Notes: generated from the letters alone by a model not told the origin. 63,071 bases of DNA, filler included, from Reticulomyxa filosa (GCA_000512085.1; 19 parts of 19 records of this genome joined end to end with filler, not necessarily neighbours in it), one strand, 5' to 3'. Positions 24,270 through 37,855 are shown, counted from the whole stretch's first letter. Translations and numbers: made by a program.

Positions 24270-26019
24270 NNNNNNNNNNNNNNNNNNNNNNNNNNNNNNN
24301 NNNNNNNNNNNNNTTAATTAATTAANNNNNNNNNNNNNNNNNNNNNNNNNNNNNNNNNNNNNNNNNNNNAAACACTACAAAAAAAAATTTATTTTGTTTA
24401 TTGATGAGGGGGGAGGAAGAAAAAAAAAAATAAATATATAATATCTCTCGATAGGGGGAATTCCTATGTTCACAAAAACACAACCACATTATTTAATAAA
24501 AGAAAAAAATATATACAAATTAAATATAACAAACCTTTAATTTTTTTTTTGTATACGGGGTTGGCCTTCGACCCCATACATATATTTTTGTATGTGTGTT
24601 GATGGGATGGGCGAACAAATTAACAATTTTGACTGCTGATGGGGACTCCTGTATTACAACACACACAATATGTTGGTATAATTTTTTTTGAAAGAAGATA
24701 ATACAAACCGTTTTCACTCCTTTCGGAGACGGGGTTGGATTCTACCCCTTATTTTTTTTCATCACAACTGTCGCCTGTTTTAAAAACACACAAACAATTG
24801 ACTATGTATGTAAAAAAAAATAAATAAAACAAATGTTACCTTAGCTTTGTTATTTTGGCACCAATCACACCTTTGCGCTGTCGCTTGTTGTTGTCATTTG
24901 CCTATTTTTTTACAAAACACGTACAACACATAAAGTATACGTAAACATTGTAGTGCTAAACTTTTTTGTGGGTTAAAAAAAAAATTTTAACAAAAAAAAA
25001 GATTATGCACATTTATTTATTTATACGTTTTATAATAATAGATAAGATGTTTAAAAAAAAAAGGATCATTTGTACCTTATGTATATTTGTCGCGCCGAAA
25101 TTTTTTTGGCTCGATCGTTTGCTTATTGTACGCAAGGCGCAATCACTGTTGTGATTTATTCGCCCTGTGTCTTCCTCCACTTGCGAGCTATTGCAGAGGA
25201 CAATACACCAATATTCCACACTGAATGATCACATACGCCAACGCCACTTTTCCAAACCGTGTTGCTAGTGGCTTCATAGATGGACATTGCGTCATGTTGG
25301 TACGTCCAACAATATTGTTGTCTATTGTTGTTTTTTTTAATATGTGTGATATTGAAATGCATTATTTTATTATTGTAATCAAAGCCCTTCTTACATACTT
25401 ATATATTCCTTTTTTTTATTTGTTTTTTTAATTAAAAGAAATGAATATTGAAAGCAACTGAAATGACCACACATAATATCGAATGATGCAATAATATATC
25501 ATGTTTGCCAAGCCAGTCGTTTGATGCACGATTTGGATGGCTGAGTTGATATGTTGTAATGATGATTGTTGTTGTGATTGGATTGGTGGTGTGACGTGAT
25601 CAATGTGATGATAGTTTGTGTTGAGTTGATAGTGGTACGCTGGCTGTGGGTCTTGTAATATGAGTTGTGGAGTGGTGATGTCCAAATTTGGGCTAATAAC
25701 TTGTGCGTCATTTGGGAGAGTGACTTGAAAAGAGTACTCATATCTGTAACGACAGCCCGTAAACTCCAAACCTCAGCCAGAAAAGGGAAAAAGTGTNNNN
25801 NNNNNNNNNNNNNNNNNNNNNNNNNNNNNNNNNNNNNNNNTTAATTAATTAANNNNNNNNNNNNNNNNNNNNNNNNNNNNNNNNNNNNNNNNNNNNCTTT
25901 GTTTAATTTATATATATACATACATATATTATGTAATATATAATCTATGTACATATATAGTGTCCCTCCAAAAAAAAAAAAAAAACAAAAACTATATACA
26001 TGAACACAAAACGGAAAAG

Positions 26020-26828
26020 AATTTTCGTCGGAGAACTTGCTATGTTACTTGGAGATGTGCCAGTTCCGACTGGAGATGAAGAAGCGCACATTGACGAAGA
26101 TGTCGTCGTCGGGGTCGGGGTCCGGGTCCGGGTCCGGATCGGGGTCGTCATCGGACAAATACGAAGACAAGTTTGTGGTGAGCGATTTGATGCCGAAGTC
26201 GTTCATCGTGTACAGCAGCGGACTGGACGAAAAAGAGCAGATCGTGGCGTTGTTAAAAAAGTACATAGTACCCGGATCGAGGTTCGAAATCAACATCCCG
26301 TATGGCATGCGTCTCGGAATGGTGCACTTACTGCAAAACACGTCAAACGAGTCGAGCAAATTTTTGCCGCGACTGGCGTCGAGGAATAGCAGCAATCAGC
26401 CCTATGCGCTGAAGACGGGTGGCGATGCCATTGCAATCACCGCCATGAGCACGAGAGGAGACGAGCGTGTGGTCGAGATTGGGCTGAAGAGTCCGAGTGT
26501 CACTCCTCTCACGCCGAGCAGAGAGGACGTAGATGTGGACTTGAAATTGGACCATCGAAGCGATAGCGAGTTGCAACAGGCGCCGACGATTTTCCCAAAG
26601 CAATCCATTAACAGCACCACGAGTGAGCTGGATGATCCCACTCTGGAACCGCAGAGGACATATCAAGACATGTCCATCGACGATCTCACTATCACTGACA
26701 TGACCTTCTTGTTTGACAAAATCTTAAAGGAATTGCTGGGCTTAATGAGGGACTCGTACTTTCGCTTCTCTTCTACTGATGCTTATACCAAATGGACACA
26801 GATGCATGACCAGACCGTCCAACAATAA
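26020..26828 (+). CDS. RGS (regulator of G-protein signalling) domain protein, terminal exon, 5' partial
   Basis: EFSSENLLCYLEMCQF...KKYIVPGSRFEINIP...LFDKILKELLGLMRDSYFRF are the RGS motifs EN, EINI and DSY/FxRF, split by insertions. AG acceptor at 26018-26019. Confidence 0.85.
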
Positions 26829-27451
26829 ACAAATAAAACAATATCCGCATTCATTGCCACTTTTTTTTTTTCCTTTTTTTGTTTTTTTGATCTTTCTTTT
26901 TTTTAGTCAATAAAAAATAAAAATAAAAAACCACCAACAGAACCTTTTTAGACCTATTTTTCGTGTTGAATGTTTTATTGTTTTCATTATTCATAATTTT
27001 TTTAAAATAAGTGTGGAACTTGTTATAAATGCTGTAAAATTATTCCCAAGACGATAATAATATATTTCCTTTTTTTGTGGTTCAATCTTTTGATATCACT
27101 TTTTGCAAATAAGTGCAATTCAGGTAGCTATGTAAAGAGATTGCTTGGGGGTCTGTGTTCGAAATAGTTTTGTATATTTTTTTTCATTCTTTTTTTTTTT
27201 GCAACACAAGTATTATCCATCGTTTCTTCTTTCATACAGTCATCCTAATCGTGACGTTCGGAGAAATCTAGTCCAACATACAAAAAACAAAACATATTCT
27301 TTCAAATTCGTAGAAAGATTTAATTTACCAATCCATAATTACCACAATTGCAGAAACTTTTTTTTATCCTATCAAAAGTTTAGAACACATGTAAACTTTT
27401 CCCCTTTTTTTTTTAAAAAAAAGAGGGGTTGGAAACGTTCCATTTGAAACA

Positions 27452-28434
27452 ATGCAGATTTGCAACTCCTTCAAATGGAAGAAGCTCTGGCAACCAGGTA
27501 CAATAATCATTTTTATGATATTCTTCCAGACGATCATTGGTTTTGCATTATGGAACTATACACAGCAGTTTGTGAACGGTTGGGAGGGATTAACAAACAC
27601 GAGCACGAGCACGAATCGGCGCAAGACGCTCGTGAAAGACACTTTTTATGTGATCCCCAATTATCGAGCATCACTTTATCTTCCATCCGAAACGTGACTT
27701 CGTACGGCGAAATAAACGGCAATACATTGCGTGGTGTGTTATCGTTGCCTCGAGACCAGCATCGGAATATAACGAAAGAGATGGCCGTGCGCATGTGCAA
27801 GAGCATGCGCATGTGCGTCGGTTTCAGCATGCATCCAACTGCAGGCGTCTTCTTGCACACCAAAGAGTGTTATCCGTTGCAGCACGTCCGGGACTGGACA
27901 TTTTTCATAAAAGATAGAGTGAGAGAAAAGATGGAGCCAAAAGAAAAAACGGAGCCAGAGACACTTATAGTAGTAGACAAGCAGTCGTGGCTTTATCCGA
28001 ATTACACCTCTAGCAACGTGTTGCAAGAGTTTCCAAATGCAAATGTGTCCAAATATTATCTATCAAAGTTGCCAATGAAAGTGCCAATGATCCCTCGCAA
28101 ATACATATCGTTTGAATGGAATTATGGTCGAACGAATAATCAAATCATGTCGTTCGAAGCCATGTTGCAATATTGCGTGATTTACCAACGAGCCATCATT
28201 TTGCCCTTTGGCAGTCACTTCAATCACTTCCAAGGCGTTTTTGCTGATGGCTTATGGGACATGCTCAAGTTATCGCAGCTCTGTGACTTTGTCTACGAAT
28301 TCGAATTCCAACCGCCTTCCAACGATCAGCTTGTCAACGTCAAAGTCCATCATTTGTGGTTTCGCGAATTTACTCAAACCAAAATTTTCGACCAAATGAT
28401 CCCTTGTTTCGCTTATCTTTATATATGTATATAA
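27452..28434 (+). CDS. Type II membrane O-fucosyltransferase-like (GT-B) protein, frameshifted near 27660-27700, 3' partial
   Basis: The signal anchor is in the frame of ORF 27452-27697. The motif YISFEWNYGRTNNQIMSFEAML...RAIILP (GxxNQ...RxLxLP of O-FucT families) is in the frame of ORF 27460-28434. Confidence 0.55.
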
Positions 28435-28692
28435 GAAGGGAGTGGGCATTGACAGTATACGTATGGAAGTGTATGTATACGTATACATACATGCACATGC
28501 ATATAATAGCGTACATGCGTGCGTACGTATACATACATAAGTTGTTGTTTTTTTTTAAAGTTTATACGTAGCCATTCCTATGTGTATACGTANNNNNNNN
28601 NNNNNNNNNNNNNNNNNNNNNNNNNNNNNNNNNNNNTTAATTAATTAANNNNNNNNNNNNNNNNNNNNNNNNNNNNNNNNNNNNNNNNNNNN

Positions 28693-28718
28693 TTCAGTTT
28701 TCTTTGCAACATACTGTA
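28693..28718. mobile_element. TIR end of the CAGTA(G/T)GTTGCAAAGAAAACTG family
   Basis: ttcagttttctttgcaacatactg|TA at the contig start. Confidence 0.6.
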
Positions 28719-28982
28719 TTTGATTTTTTGATAAACACAACTTTGTCTTTTAAAACTTCATAATACCTCAGAAGATCATTGAGTTTTCACAGCATTGTCA
28801 GTATTACCATCTGACAAAAAAAATCTTTTGTAATATAATAAAACCTACAGTAGAAGTATAATTAGAAAATTAAAAACAGTATTTGTCATTTTTAACAAAT
28901 GCTTCAAAATTATTTTTCGAGTATTTACTATATGAATGTATATTTTTCGACCATATTTTATGTTACTTAATGTACTCTCATG

Positions 28983-29336
28983 TTATGTGATAACAATCAA
29001 TTGTTTGATAGTTTCAACGTCCCGTATACGAATGGCATTATCAACTGATCCAGAACAAATTGTATATCCACTACCACCAATCACACTAATGCTATTACTT
29101 TTATTATCATTGTTATTGCTTTGCAATGGTGAAAAATTCACACAGCAAATAGGCCATGTATGATTGAAAACGTGCAATACTTTAGATGTTGCAATATCCC
29201 ATAAACGAATCGTTTTGTCAAACGATCCTGAACACAAATATCGACCACTATTAAATGGTGAGAATTCAATACCGCAAACAGCAGAATTATGTTTATTAAA
29301 TTTTTGAAATTCTTCGGTACATTTGATATGTTTCAC
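28983..29336 (-). pseudogene. WD40-repeat protein remnant
   Basis: FNKHNSAVCGIEFSPFNSGRYLCSGSFDKTIRLWDI...CSGSVDNAIRIRDVET; truncated, with decayed flanks. Confidence 0.8.
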
Positions 29337-30041
29337 TGATCATATGTAAATGAATTGATTATAAAGCGTTTTTTCGTTTTGAATTTTCATTATTTTTTGT
29401 GAACACCATGAACCAAACTCAAGTTTTCACAAATTTTGCATCTGTTAATTTTATTTTAATCAATAATCGCAATTGACGAAACAAGCTAATTTTGTGTTTC
29501 ATCAAAAAAATATGTTTAAAAATTAGCTTTAAGAAATATATCTCAATTATTCACTGTCTGTTGTTTCGTTGTTAAGTAGTTCTTTGCAGGTCAAAAGCAA
29601 GTCACACAGAGCCCGAAGTGAATATTGTTTTCAATATAATTTAATAAAAGGCTGGTCTGGATATTCGTTGAAAAAGATGCTCATTCGAAGAAGTTTTTGG
29701 ACACAAGCAACTAACTTCATTGAGCTTATTTTGTGAAATAAGAGATTACACAGAACAATATCTGTTTATTATAGAGTCTTACGAATTTGGAAATATTGAA
29801 TTTATTGACAATCATTTGATTGTTCCATTTTATTTGAAATTTAAAAATTTTAATCATTTTTTTATCAACAAATAGAAGCCTTTTTTCTTTTTTTGTGGCT
29901 CCAGGTCCAGTACACTTGCGAACTTTTTTTTGGAGTCTTTCACTCCTATTCTCTGTTTGTTTCTTCAATATCTGAAAAAATTCAAGAGTATTGGTGGATT
30001 TTGAATCTTTGATTGTGTTTAAAATAAGTAGTTTATACCAA

Positions 30042-30987
30042 ATGGATATTGAGTCACAGTCAAGAAAACCTCGAAAAAGTGGGTCAAAAATAATCAAGCT
30101 ATTGATAGTGATTAAGATGATAAGTGGACTAGTGGAAAATATTGCCGCTATATATTATCAAAGTAAGGATGATCACAGTATTTTCTGGATTATGTACGGT
30201 TTCGACGTAGCGATGGGAATAGCTGGATCATTGTCAATGCTTTGTTGCTGTATGGAATTTTTTGCCGTTGCTTTTCTTGAAACTGCACAAGCGATTCTAT
30301 TCATGTGGACATCGGATTGGCACATTCACTCTATTATTTTTTTTGGAGTAATTAACGGTGTTCAAATTAGTTTAAATTTTGTTGTGCATTTTTTTATACG
30401 TAATGTGTGTACTTTCAAGTATGTACAAACAAAAAATATATATTTACGGGGGGTGAATTGATTGATTTATAGTATTGCAATGGATAGAAACATTGCATGA
30501 AAATTTGAATGAAGAAGAAACAGAGAAAAATGACCTTGAAAAACTAGTATTTTGTCACTATATGCTTATGAAATGCTTTTTACCAATAATGCTGGGGTTG
30601 AATACGTTACCGTATTTGTACTTCAATAAAGATTCATACTTTCGAACAAATTGGTTTAGCGCATGTCTTGCAGTGACCTTATGGACGACCAGTCTTCTAT
30701 TCGAATACTTTGAAAAATTTATGAGAAAAATGTCACAGCCGAGGGAACCAAAATGGCCTTGGTCTCTTACCATTGCTTATATCCTTAACTTTATTTGGCT
30801 GATTAGCTTTTGGGTGCTGACATACGTTTTATGTATTTTATTCGTTAAAAATCATAGTTGGACCAATCTTTATGAGAAAATCGTTACCATTTATGTTGTT
30901 GCCGCAGGTAGTTGGTGCTGTTGTATTTGTTGCTGCCAGATTTTCACTGGTGGCATTTGTGTAATAATTAATAGAAATGTATTCTAA
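30042..30987 (+). CDS. Hypothetical multi-pass membrane protein; exons 30042-30399, 30473-30987
   Basis: A GT-AG intron at 30400-30472 joins two hydrophobic ORFs in frame. About 7-8 TM-like segments and a Cys cluster (WCCCICCC) near the C-terminus. Confidence 0.7.
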
Positions 30988-31914
30988 AATAATTTGACAA
31001 CAAACTTTTTTTTTGGTCCATTTTATTAATTGGTTGATATATCACTTTTGTGTCTTGGTATTGCACTATACAACGACCACTGATTATGAAAGAGTTTGGA
31101 TGTTTCAGGTCGTGGCATTGAATTTTTGGATAGTGATTGATACCTCGAATGTTCTTTTGTTTGTTTTTTTAACATTTAATCTAAGGTTTGTTCAAGTATT
31201 CATTTAATTGAATTTCTTATTTGCGAGTGGAAAGGTTAATAAGACAGTTTTTGAGAAAATATTTTCTATTTTTAATAAAATGAGCTGAACAAAGGATTTG
31301 CTCTGTAAGCACTAACAAGCTCGTTACTGAATGCCAATATTTGGTGTAGTATCATAGTATATGCGTTCTTTGGTGCTAAAACATTGGATATACTTGTAAA
31401 ATGAAGAAAGCATTAATTACACAATTTATAAAGAAATATTATCTGATGAAATACTAAAAGTACTACATATTGCTTATACAATAATAGAAACTAGTGATTA
31501 TTACAAGATAATGCAAAGTGCAACAAATGCAAGTAGCAAATAAATGAATTGAATAAAACAAAATGAACGTAATTGAGTTCACTTCAATTCGTATGGTCTA
31601 GACAATAATCAAAGCAAATCTTTACAAAGGCGAGATTAAATAAAAACACAAATCAACTATTTAAAAAAACGGAAAAAGAAATACATATGCAAAAGCTTAA
31701 TTGTTGTTTTTCATGGAGAAAATCAATTATCTTCATAAAGTAGCATTTTATGTTTACCATTTTTTTGCAAACTACTATAATATACATAATATATTATATT
31801 TTAAATAATTCTGAGCAAAAAAGTTCAAGAGATAATACAATTCATTCGATCAAACAAGGAAGAATTGTACATGATCAAATTATATAATGTATTCTATTAA
31901 ATTAATATAATATT

Positions 31915-32730
31915 GTTCAAAAAAAAAAAGTGAACATAACTGAAAAATCAGATTATTTGAAAAGTTATTATTTTTTTTTAGTCTACTTAAGTTATAAGTC
32001 TGTAATTTTATATACATATTGAACTATACTGTTATTCAATTGACTAAAATTTGATAGTTATATTTTTGTTAGTGAAGATATAATTAAAATTATTAAATTT
32101 TCTGTAGTGAATAAAAAAGCTAACTTTTTGAACTTGAGGAAGTTCAAGCTTTTACATTCATTGAGCTCATTCTAAAAAAAAAATCTTTTTTTGAGAAAAC
32201 AAATTTACATCAGTAATAAACGTGTAAAGGCTAAATTAGTATAATGTGAAAGCATATCACTCAATTTGACAAGGTCATATCTGTTGAGATGACAAGAAGT
32301 TGACGCAGTATTCGTAAGTTTGCAAAATGATTCAAGGTTAGCGTTAGTGCAGTTCATAAATGGAAAAACTATAACGCAATATGAAATATTGAAAGAAAAC
32401 TTAGATCAGTACGAAGATATAATCTTTTATCTATAATCAAACGATGTATCGTCAGATGGCTTGCTGCAGATAAATGTGAAACTGCATCAGACATTAAGAG
32501 TCTGTTACAAAATGAAGATAACTTTGTTGTTTTCAGACAAACAGTAAGCGTGCTTAAAACTATTGTGATAGATCAAGGTACAAATACATTGACCGATATG
32601 TTTGGAAAATGCATGAAGACCTTTCTAATTGAAGAACAATGCTTAGATCTAGAAGATGTATTGGAGAATTCATTATGATTTGATATTGTAAGTCCAAAAA
32701 GTGAGCTTTTTATTAACTACAAAAATAAAA
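31915..32730 (+). mobile_element. Second, internally deleted copy of the Tc1-like element
   Basis: 31925-32020 matches 11478-11570 directly. 32000-32370 matches the reverse complement of parts of 12600-12943. 32693-32727 repeats the inner TIR sequence in inverted orientation. Confidence 0.75.
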
Positions 32731-33423
32731 AGTTTTTTGAGTAGTTTGATTTTTTTTAATTGAATTAAACGAAGTAATATTCTTTTTAATTAGCATATAT
32801 ATTTCAAGCATTCTATTGTAGAATAAAACGGCACTTTATAAAAATGATTAGTTTTCTCAACGAAAAGAAAAATAAATTTTTGTTATATTTCTAATCATGA
32901 ATGACACAATTCATGTTCCATTACATAGACTAATACAACAACCACTTTTCTTTCTTATTGTAAAAATTTAAAGACAACATATCACATTGTATAAATCTTT
33001 TTCATTGATTACAAGCAAATTTATTCTTATCTTTGACAAATTAAATTAAAGATCATATGTCGTGTGATTAGTGTAAAATATGGATCAAATGCATTAATAA
33101 ATACAATATTATCGGATCAAATGATAAAATTGTTCGTTGGAATTCTATTTAATCAAAGAAGATAATGAAAAAGAGAAAGGATATTATGTCTTAAATTCTT
33201 ACAATTAAAAATTGGTACACAAAAATCACAACAATACAACTTTTTTTCGCAGATTCTCCCGCACAAAGAATTATGTCTTGATAACATTAAATTAAGTGAA
33301 TGCGTAATCAACAACATAACTTCCATTAGAAGAGATAAAATCTAAGATAAACTCAAGACAACACCAGAAAAATAAAGTGATTAATCTCTCAAAAGTGACA
33401 ATTAACAGGCATATTCGACTCCT

Positions 33424-34450
33424 CTACATATAATTTGTAGCATATTCATTGATGCTTATGTTATAATTGCTCCTACTGAACACAAAACTCTTACATTCTT
33501 GATCACGAAACCATCGATATAAGGCATCACCTAAACGAATTCGATATCCAACATTGTGACTTCTCAAATAACAGTTGTTTGCATCAGTTTGAACTGGACG
33601 ATAAGGCCATTTTTTCACAATTGATGGCAAAGTCCCTTCACGCGGAGTATTACATGATAATTTTTTTTTGCTGCAATACAGATACTTCATACTCTTTGTA
33701 ATTGCATCTCTGATATAATCCTCAACCATTTCTTGTTTTTATTGATACTCGGACCAGAACAAGGGAAATATGCAACCAAATATGATTGAATTAATCCATG
33801 TTCATTCTTGGGATGAGGAGTATTGGATGGAACGGTTTCCATCCATCGATTATCAACTCTCACCAAAATTGATTTGGATGTTTTGCACAAATTTAAATAC
33901 ATACAATGATTTTTATGACAAACCACCAAACTTATTTCACGACATCTATTTGATGATATCGATTTCAAATTCATCAAACGGTCCACTACATTACAACTCC
34001 AATCATCAATTAACTCTGAACATTTCTCCTCTTCAAATGTTTCAATTGTGAGATAATCCCAATATGTTGTCAATTGTACTTGCAATTCTCTCACTCCTTT
34101 TTCATATACTTGTTTAAATGTTGTGTCCCTTGGTAATTCAGAGTGAATTCTTCCATCTCGTTTTAATCGAACACATATTTCAAACAACAAAAATATTCGA
34201 AGAGCAAGGAATGTAATTGAATGCCATCCTTTATCAAATCTTTGCTTTTTGCAATTTTCAGGTTTAATAAATACAACATTTCGACTGGCTCCCCAATACA
34301 ATAAATTATTATTAACTAAGATATCTTTTAATCCTTTTTGATTCTCTCCTAACAAAAATGTTGCACCTTCAAGTAATAATATCTCATAAGTTGTATTATC
34401 AATTACTTTACTTACACCATCTTTGTCAATTAACTTATCTTTCACATAAT
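33424..34450 (-). pseudogene. Intronless hypothetical protein, 5' partial, 1-nt frameshift near 33720; possible cysteine-protease-like fold
   Basis: ORFs 33687-34445 and 33424-33729 overlap and join with one missing base (KWL.DYIRDA). Motif order is H (KNHCMY), D/N (RVDNRW), Q..C (PVQTDANNCYL). Confidence 0.5.
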
Positions 34451-34550
34451 NNNNNNNNNNNNNNNNNNNNNNNNNNNNNNNNNNNNNNNNNNNNTTAATT
34501 AATTAANNNNNNNNNNNNNNNNNNNNNNNNNNNNNNNNNNNNNNNNNNNN

Positions 34551-34572
34551 GTTTTCTTTTCAACCTACTGTA
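34551..34572. mobile_element. TIR end of the CAGTAGGTTG family
   Basis: gttttcttttcaacctactg|TA at the contig start. Confidence 0.55.
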
Positions 34573-34839
34573 GAAGCTAGTTATCAGATGATGTTGCAAA
34601 TATTGCAAGATTCCAAGTATAATTCAATCAACCTGAATTGTTCATAAAACCAGATAACTCAGAGCTATTCCTGAATCTCCATATATTAAATCTATTTTTC
34701 ACAGAAGAATGGCATCGACATTGGGCAAATGAAGTATATAAATGGACTCACACAAATATCCCAAACGATATTTACTTAATCTGATTGCAGCTAAATAATT
34801 CGAAAAAATTGTTTTTCATCTATTTGAGTTGCATGAATG

Positions 34840-35146
34840 CATATATTTGTTTGGTCATTACATGTAAAGTGAGCTTTAATTATTTACTGTACAAATTAAA
34901 ATATTGGATTTGCCAGACCGCAAATAGTGTGAATATGAAAAAGAAACTTTGGAACATTTCTTAATTGAATATCAACATTATCAAGAAATTAGAAAATCAT
35001 GGCCAATGACAATTTATGAAATTTCTATGGCAATAATCCTTTGTGAAGCGTTCAAAAGTAGTCAATTTTGTTTGAAAGTATCCATAACTGATAAATTTTA
35101 TTTTGGAGATAAGCATGCATTGAATATAAATGTGTTCAAAAAGTAG
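34840..35146 (+). mobile_element. Non-LTR retrotransposon (LINE) 3' remnant
   Basis: Decayed C-terminal zinc-knuckle motif *CEYEKETLEHFLIEYQHYQEIRK (CxxC...ETxxHFLxxCxxY) with upstream GH and multiple stops. Confidence 0.55.
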
Positions 35147-35449
35147 AAGTAAAAATAGTAAAAGTTGTTATGCAAATATCGGCTGCCTTTAAAAATCGTG
35201 TTTTTTCCAAGCCGAACAGAGAAAAAAGCTTTACTTATGTTATAACTTTGATTTTCAGAAGACACATCTTGATGCAAAAATTATTTGCAATTTGACAGTG
35301 CAAATGACTTAGTTCTTGTCAAGTCAAAATGTGTTGTATTCAACAGGATCGGTCATAAAGGAATTTCAAAAAAATAATTCACACTACAAAAGAACACAAA
35401 GCTTCCACGAAACAATGATTCCACAAAGTATTTTTCTGTAATGATATCA

Positions 35450-36200
35450 TTAAACCATACGGGAAGTAAGTTTTCTTTTGGAGAAAACACGGAAGTGTCG
35501 TCGTGTAGGAGCACGTGGAACTTTGAATGGATTTTTGAAACGTAATTCGGGTTCCTGTTTTTCAAATATTGGATGAATAATTACTACATAAAAAAAATAT
35601 ATATATTGTTTTTTACATACCAAAAACTGTCTCACACGAGGTCTTTTCACTTGATGGTCACTGATTTCACGGCAATCAATGATGTGAATGTTATCAGGTT
35701 TTGCCTTGTGTCGTCCAGCCATATCATCGTATAATTTTTGTGCTGCGGAGTCAACTGTTACATCTCTGTACTCTCGATACATGTTGTGGATCCCCATACG
35801 AGAGCGATATTTCAACCAAAAACCAAAGTTTTTCACTCGTGTGGGGTCCCGATCCAAAATACGGTGCACTGCCAATATCTGCAATTATTTGTTATTTCGT
35901 CAAATCTTGTATTTCAAAAGTCCGGAAAATCGCAGAAACCACTATTTTTTTCTCTTTAAAAAAAATAACTAAACTTGGCCCTGTGTTTTCTTGACACGGT
36001 CAAAGTTGGCCATGTGTTTCCAGAATAAAGATTTCGCTTTGACATCATTTCTGCAAAAAACTTTCAATTTGTAGATTTTTGGGTTTTTGTTTGTTTCTGT
36101 TGGCTTTGCGCGTCCAACAACTACGAAATATCGTAACTATTAAGAAAAAAATTTCTTGTAGGAAAAAAGACAAATAAAATACAAACATTCTTACTGGCAT
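35450..36200 (-). CDS. RPL18A: 60S ribosomal protein L18a (eL20); exons 36200-36195, 36136-35975, 35878-35621, 35554-35450
   Basis: MPLRYFVVVGRAKPTE...KIYKLKVF..NDVKAKSLFW...VKNFGFWLKYRSRMGIHNMYREYRD...RPRVRQF. Three GT-AG introns keep the frame. Confidence 0.95.
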
Positions 36201-36610
36201 TGAGCTGGTAGTTTGTATGGGACGATTTGATAGCTATGTCCTCAATAACAAAATAAATCTTGTCAGCCACTTTTTGTCGCTCCGTCAAGTTTGGAAATCA
36301 CAAAACGTAGTAAATAAGTTGTTATTAAATTAATTCATTGTATATGTAGCACATATTGTGTGAAATTTTTGTTTGACAACTTGTTTATGCTATTTTAAAA
36401 AAAAAGTTAATATAAAAAGCAACTAAAATATAACATTGAAAACAACGGCTCTTCGTACGAACCAACAAGAATTAAAATTCTGCAGTATTATCATAGTTAA
36501 TAAATTATTCAGTGACAATGCGCTGAACACGTTCTAGAAAATCAAGATGCTTAAGATACATAATGTTTGTGCACTAAGTTTTCCTTTTTTTAAAGAACCT
36601 CTGTCACCAA

Positions 36611-37164
36611 ATGGAGATTATGCTTATGTTTTTGTTATGCCTTACTCCGAGTATTTTTATATTAAGCCAACTTGGCCTAATTAAAACCATTGGCACTATC
36701 CTAAAGCAACTTATTGTGCTTTTATTAATGACAACTTGCACAATGATTTGGTGGATTCTTGTTTTCAGTCACTGGGAAGGAGTTGACAAATCCTCCTTAG
36801 AACAAGGTAGCATTTCTAATTACATTTTTTTATGTCAAGAACAACGTAAAGGATCCACTGTGGCTTTGTGACTCCAGCAATGAACGATTGGACAGAGTCA
36901 GAAAAGTATATCAAAAACCATCAATTAGTCTATCCATTAAGTGAGATCGTGATCATTACAGGACTGACATTATTGGTCTTGGGGATATTGTATCGGCAAT
37001 TGCCAATCAATATAATTTCAAACGCTTTTCCCTGTACTGGGGAACACGACTATCCATTTGCAGATTTGGCGGTGTTACTCGGTGTGTTTCTGGCGATGGC
37101 AGGATTTTATTTTCAAGCTGTGTATGTTACCGCACCCAACTCAGTTACTTTATTTCTGTACTAA
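36611..37164 (+). pseudogene. Hydrophobic membrane-protein-like sequence, apparently frameshifted
   Basis: Overlapping hydrophobic ORFs 36611-36871 and 36868-37164; no family recognised. Confidence 0.3.
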
Positions 37165-37855
37165 AAAATTAAATAAATGGGGTTGCAAATAACAGTTTTT
37201 TTCCACGAAATTTGGAGCAAGTGCATAAATTTGTTCCATCCTCGTCTATTATTTTTAAATACCTTTTTTCGGGGTTATTGGATTTTTGTTCGGTGAGAAA
37301 AAATCGCTGAGTCAAAAATGCCACAACAAGTGTTTATGTCTCATACGTTGTTGAAATGATAATATAACATATCTTTTTATGCGTTGTGCCATTCACAGAG
37401 CAAAACAATTATTCAGTCGATCAAGTGGTGTTTATCAGGTTTCGAAAAATTTAAATATAGCCAAAATCAATGGGAGTTTTGTGCTACATCTATTCAATGG
37501 CTGTTGCTCCACACTAAACGTTTGGTAATAAGTTCTTTGCAAATCATTTACAAAGAAATGATTAGAAAAATTTGATACAAAAAATTAATTGTAGCATTTT
37601 ATTCGAACAAGTCTTTTTTTTAAATTATTTAACTTGCAATCTTGTATTCGACAATTGCCAAAAGGCTTCCGATTTTTAAGAATGTACATTCTTTTCTGTG
37701 AGGGGAAAATATAATAAATTATATAGAAAAAAAGGTTTACATATGATCCACAAACGATAATTTCGGAAAAAAAATCCCATTTCCCTCTTGTCTGTTCTCA
37801 ATAAAGTGTTATAATATTAATATAACGTAATATAAATTATACAATGAAATATTTT

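Noticed and set aside
24370-25796. Probable exon fragments on the minus strand
   Set aside because: No recognisable domain and no reliable frame across the introns.
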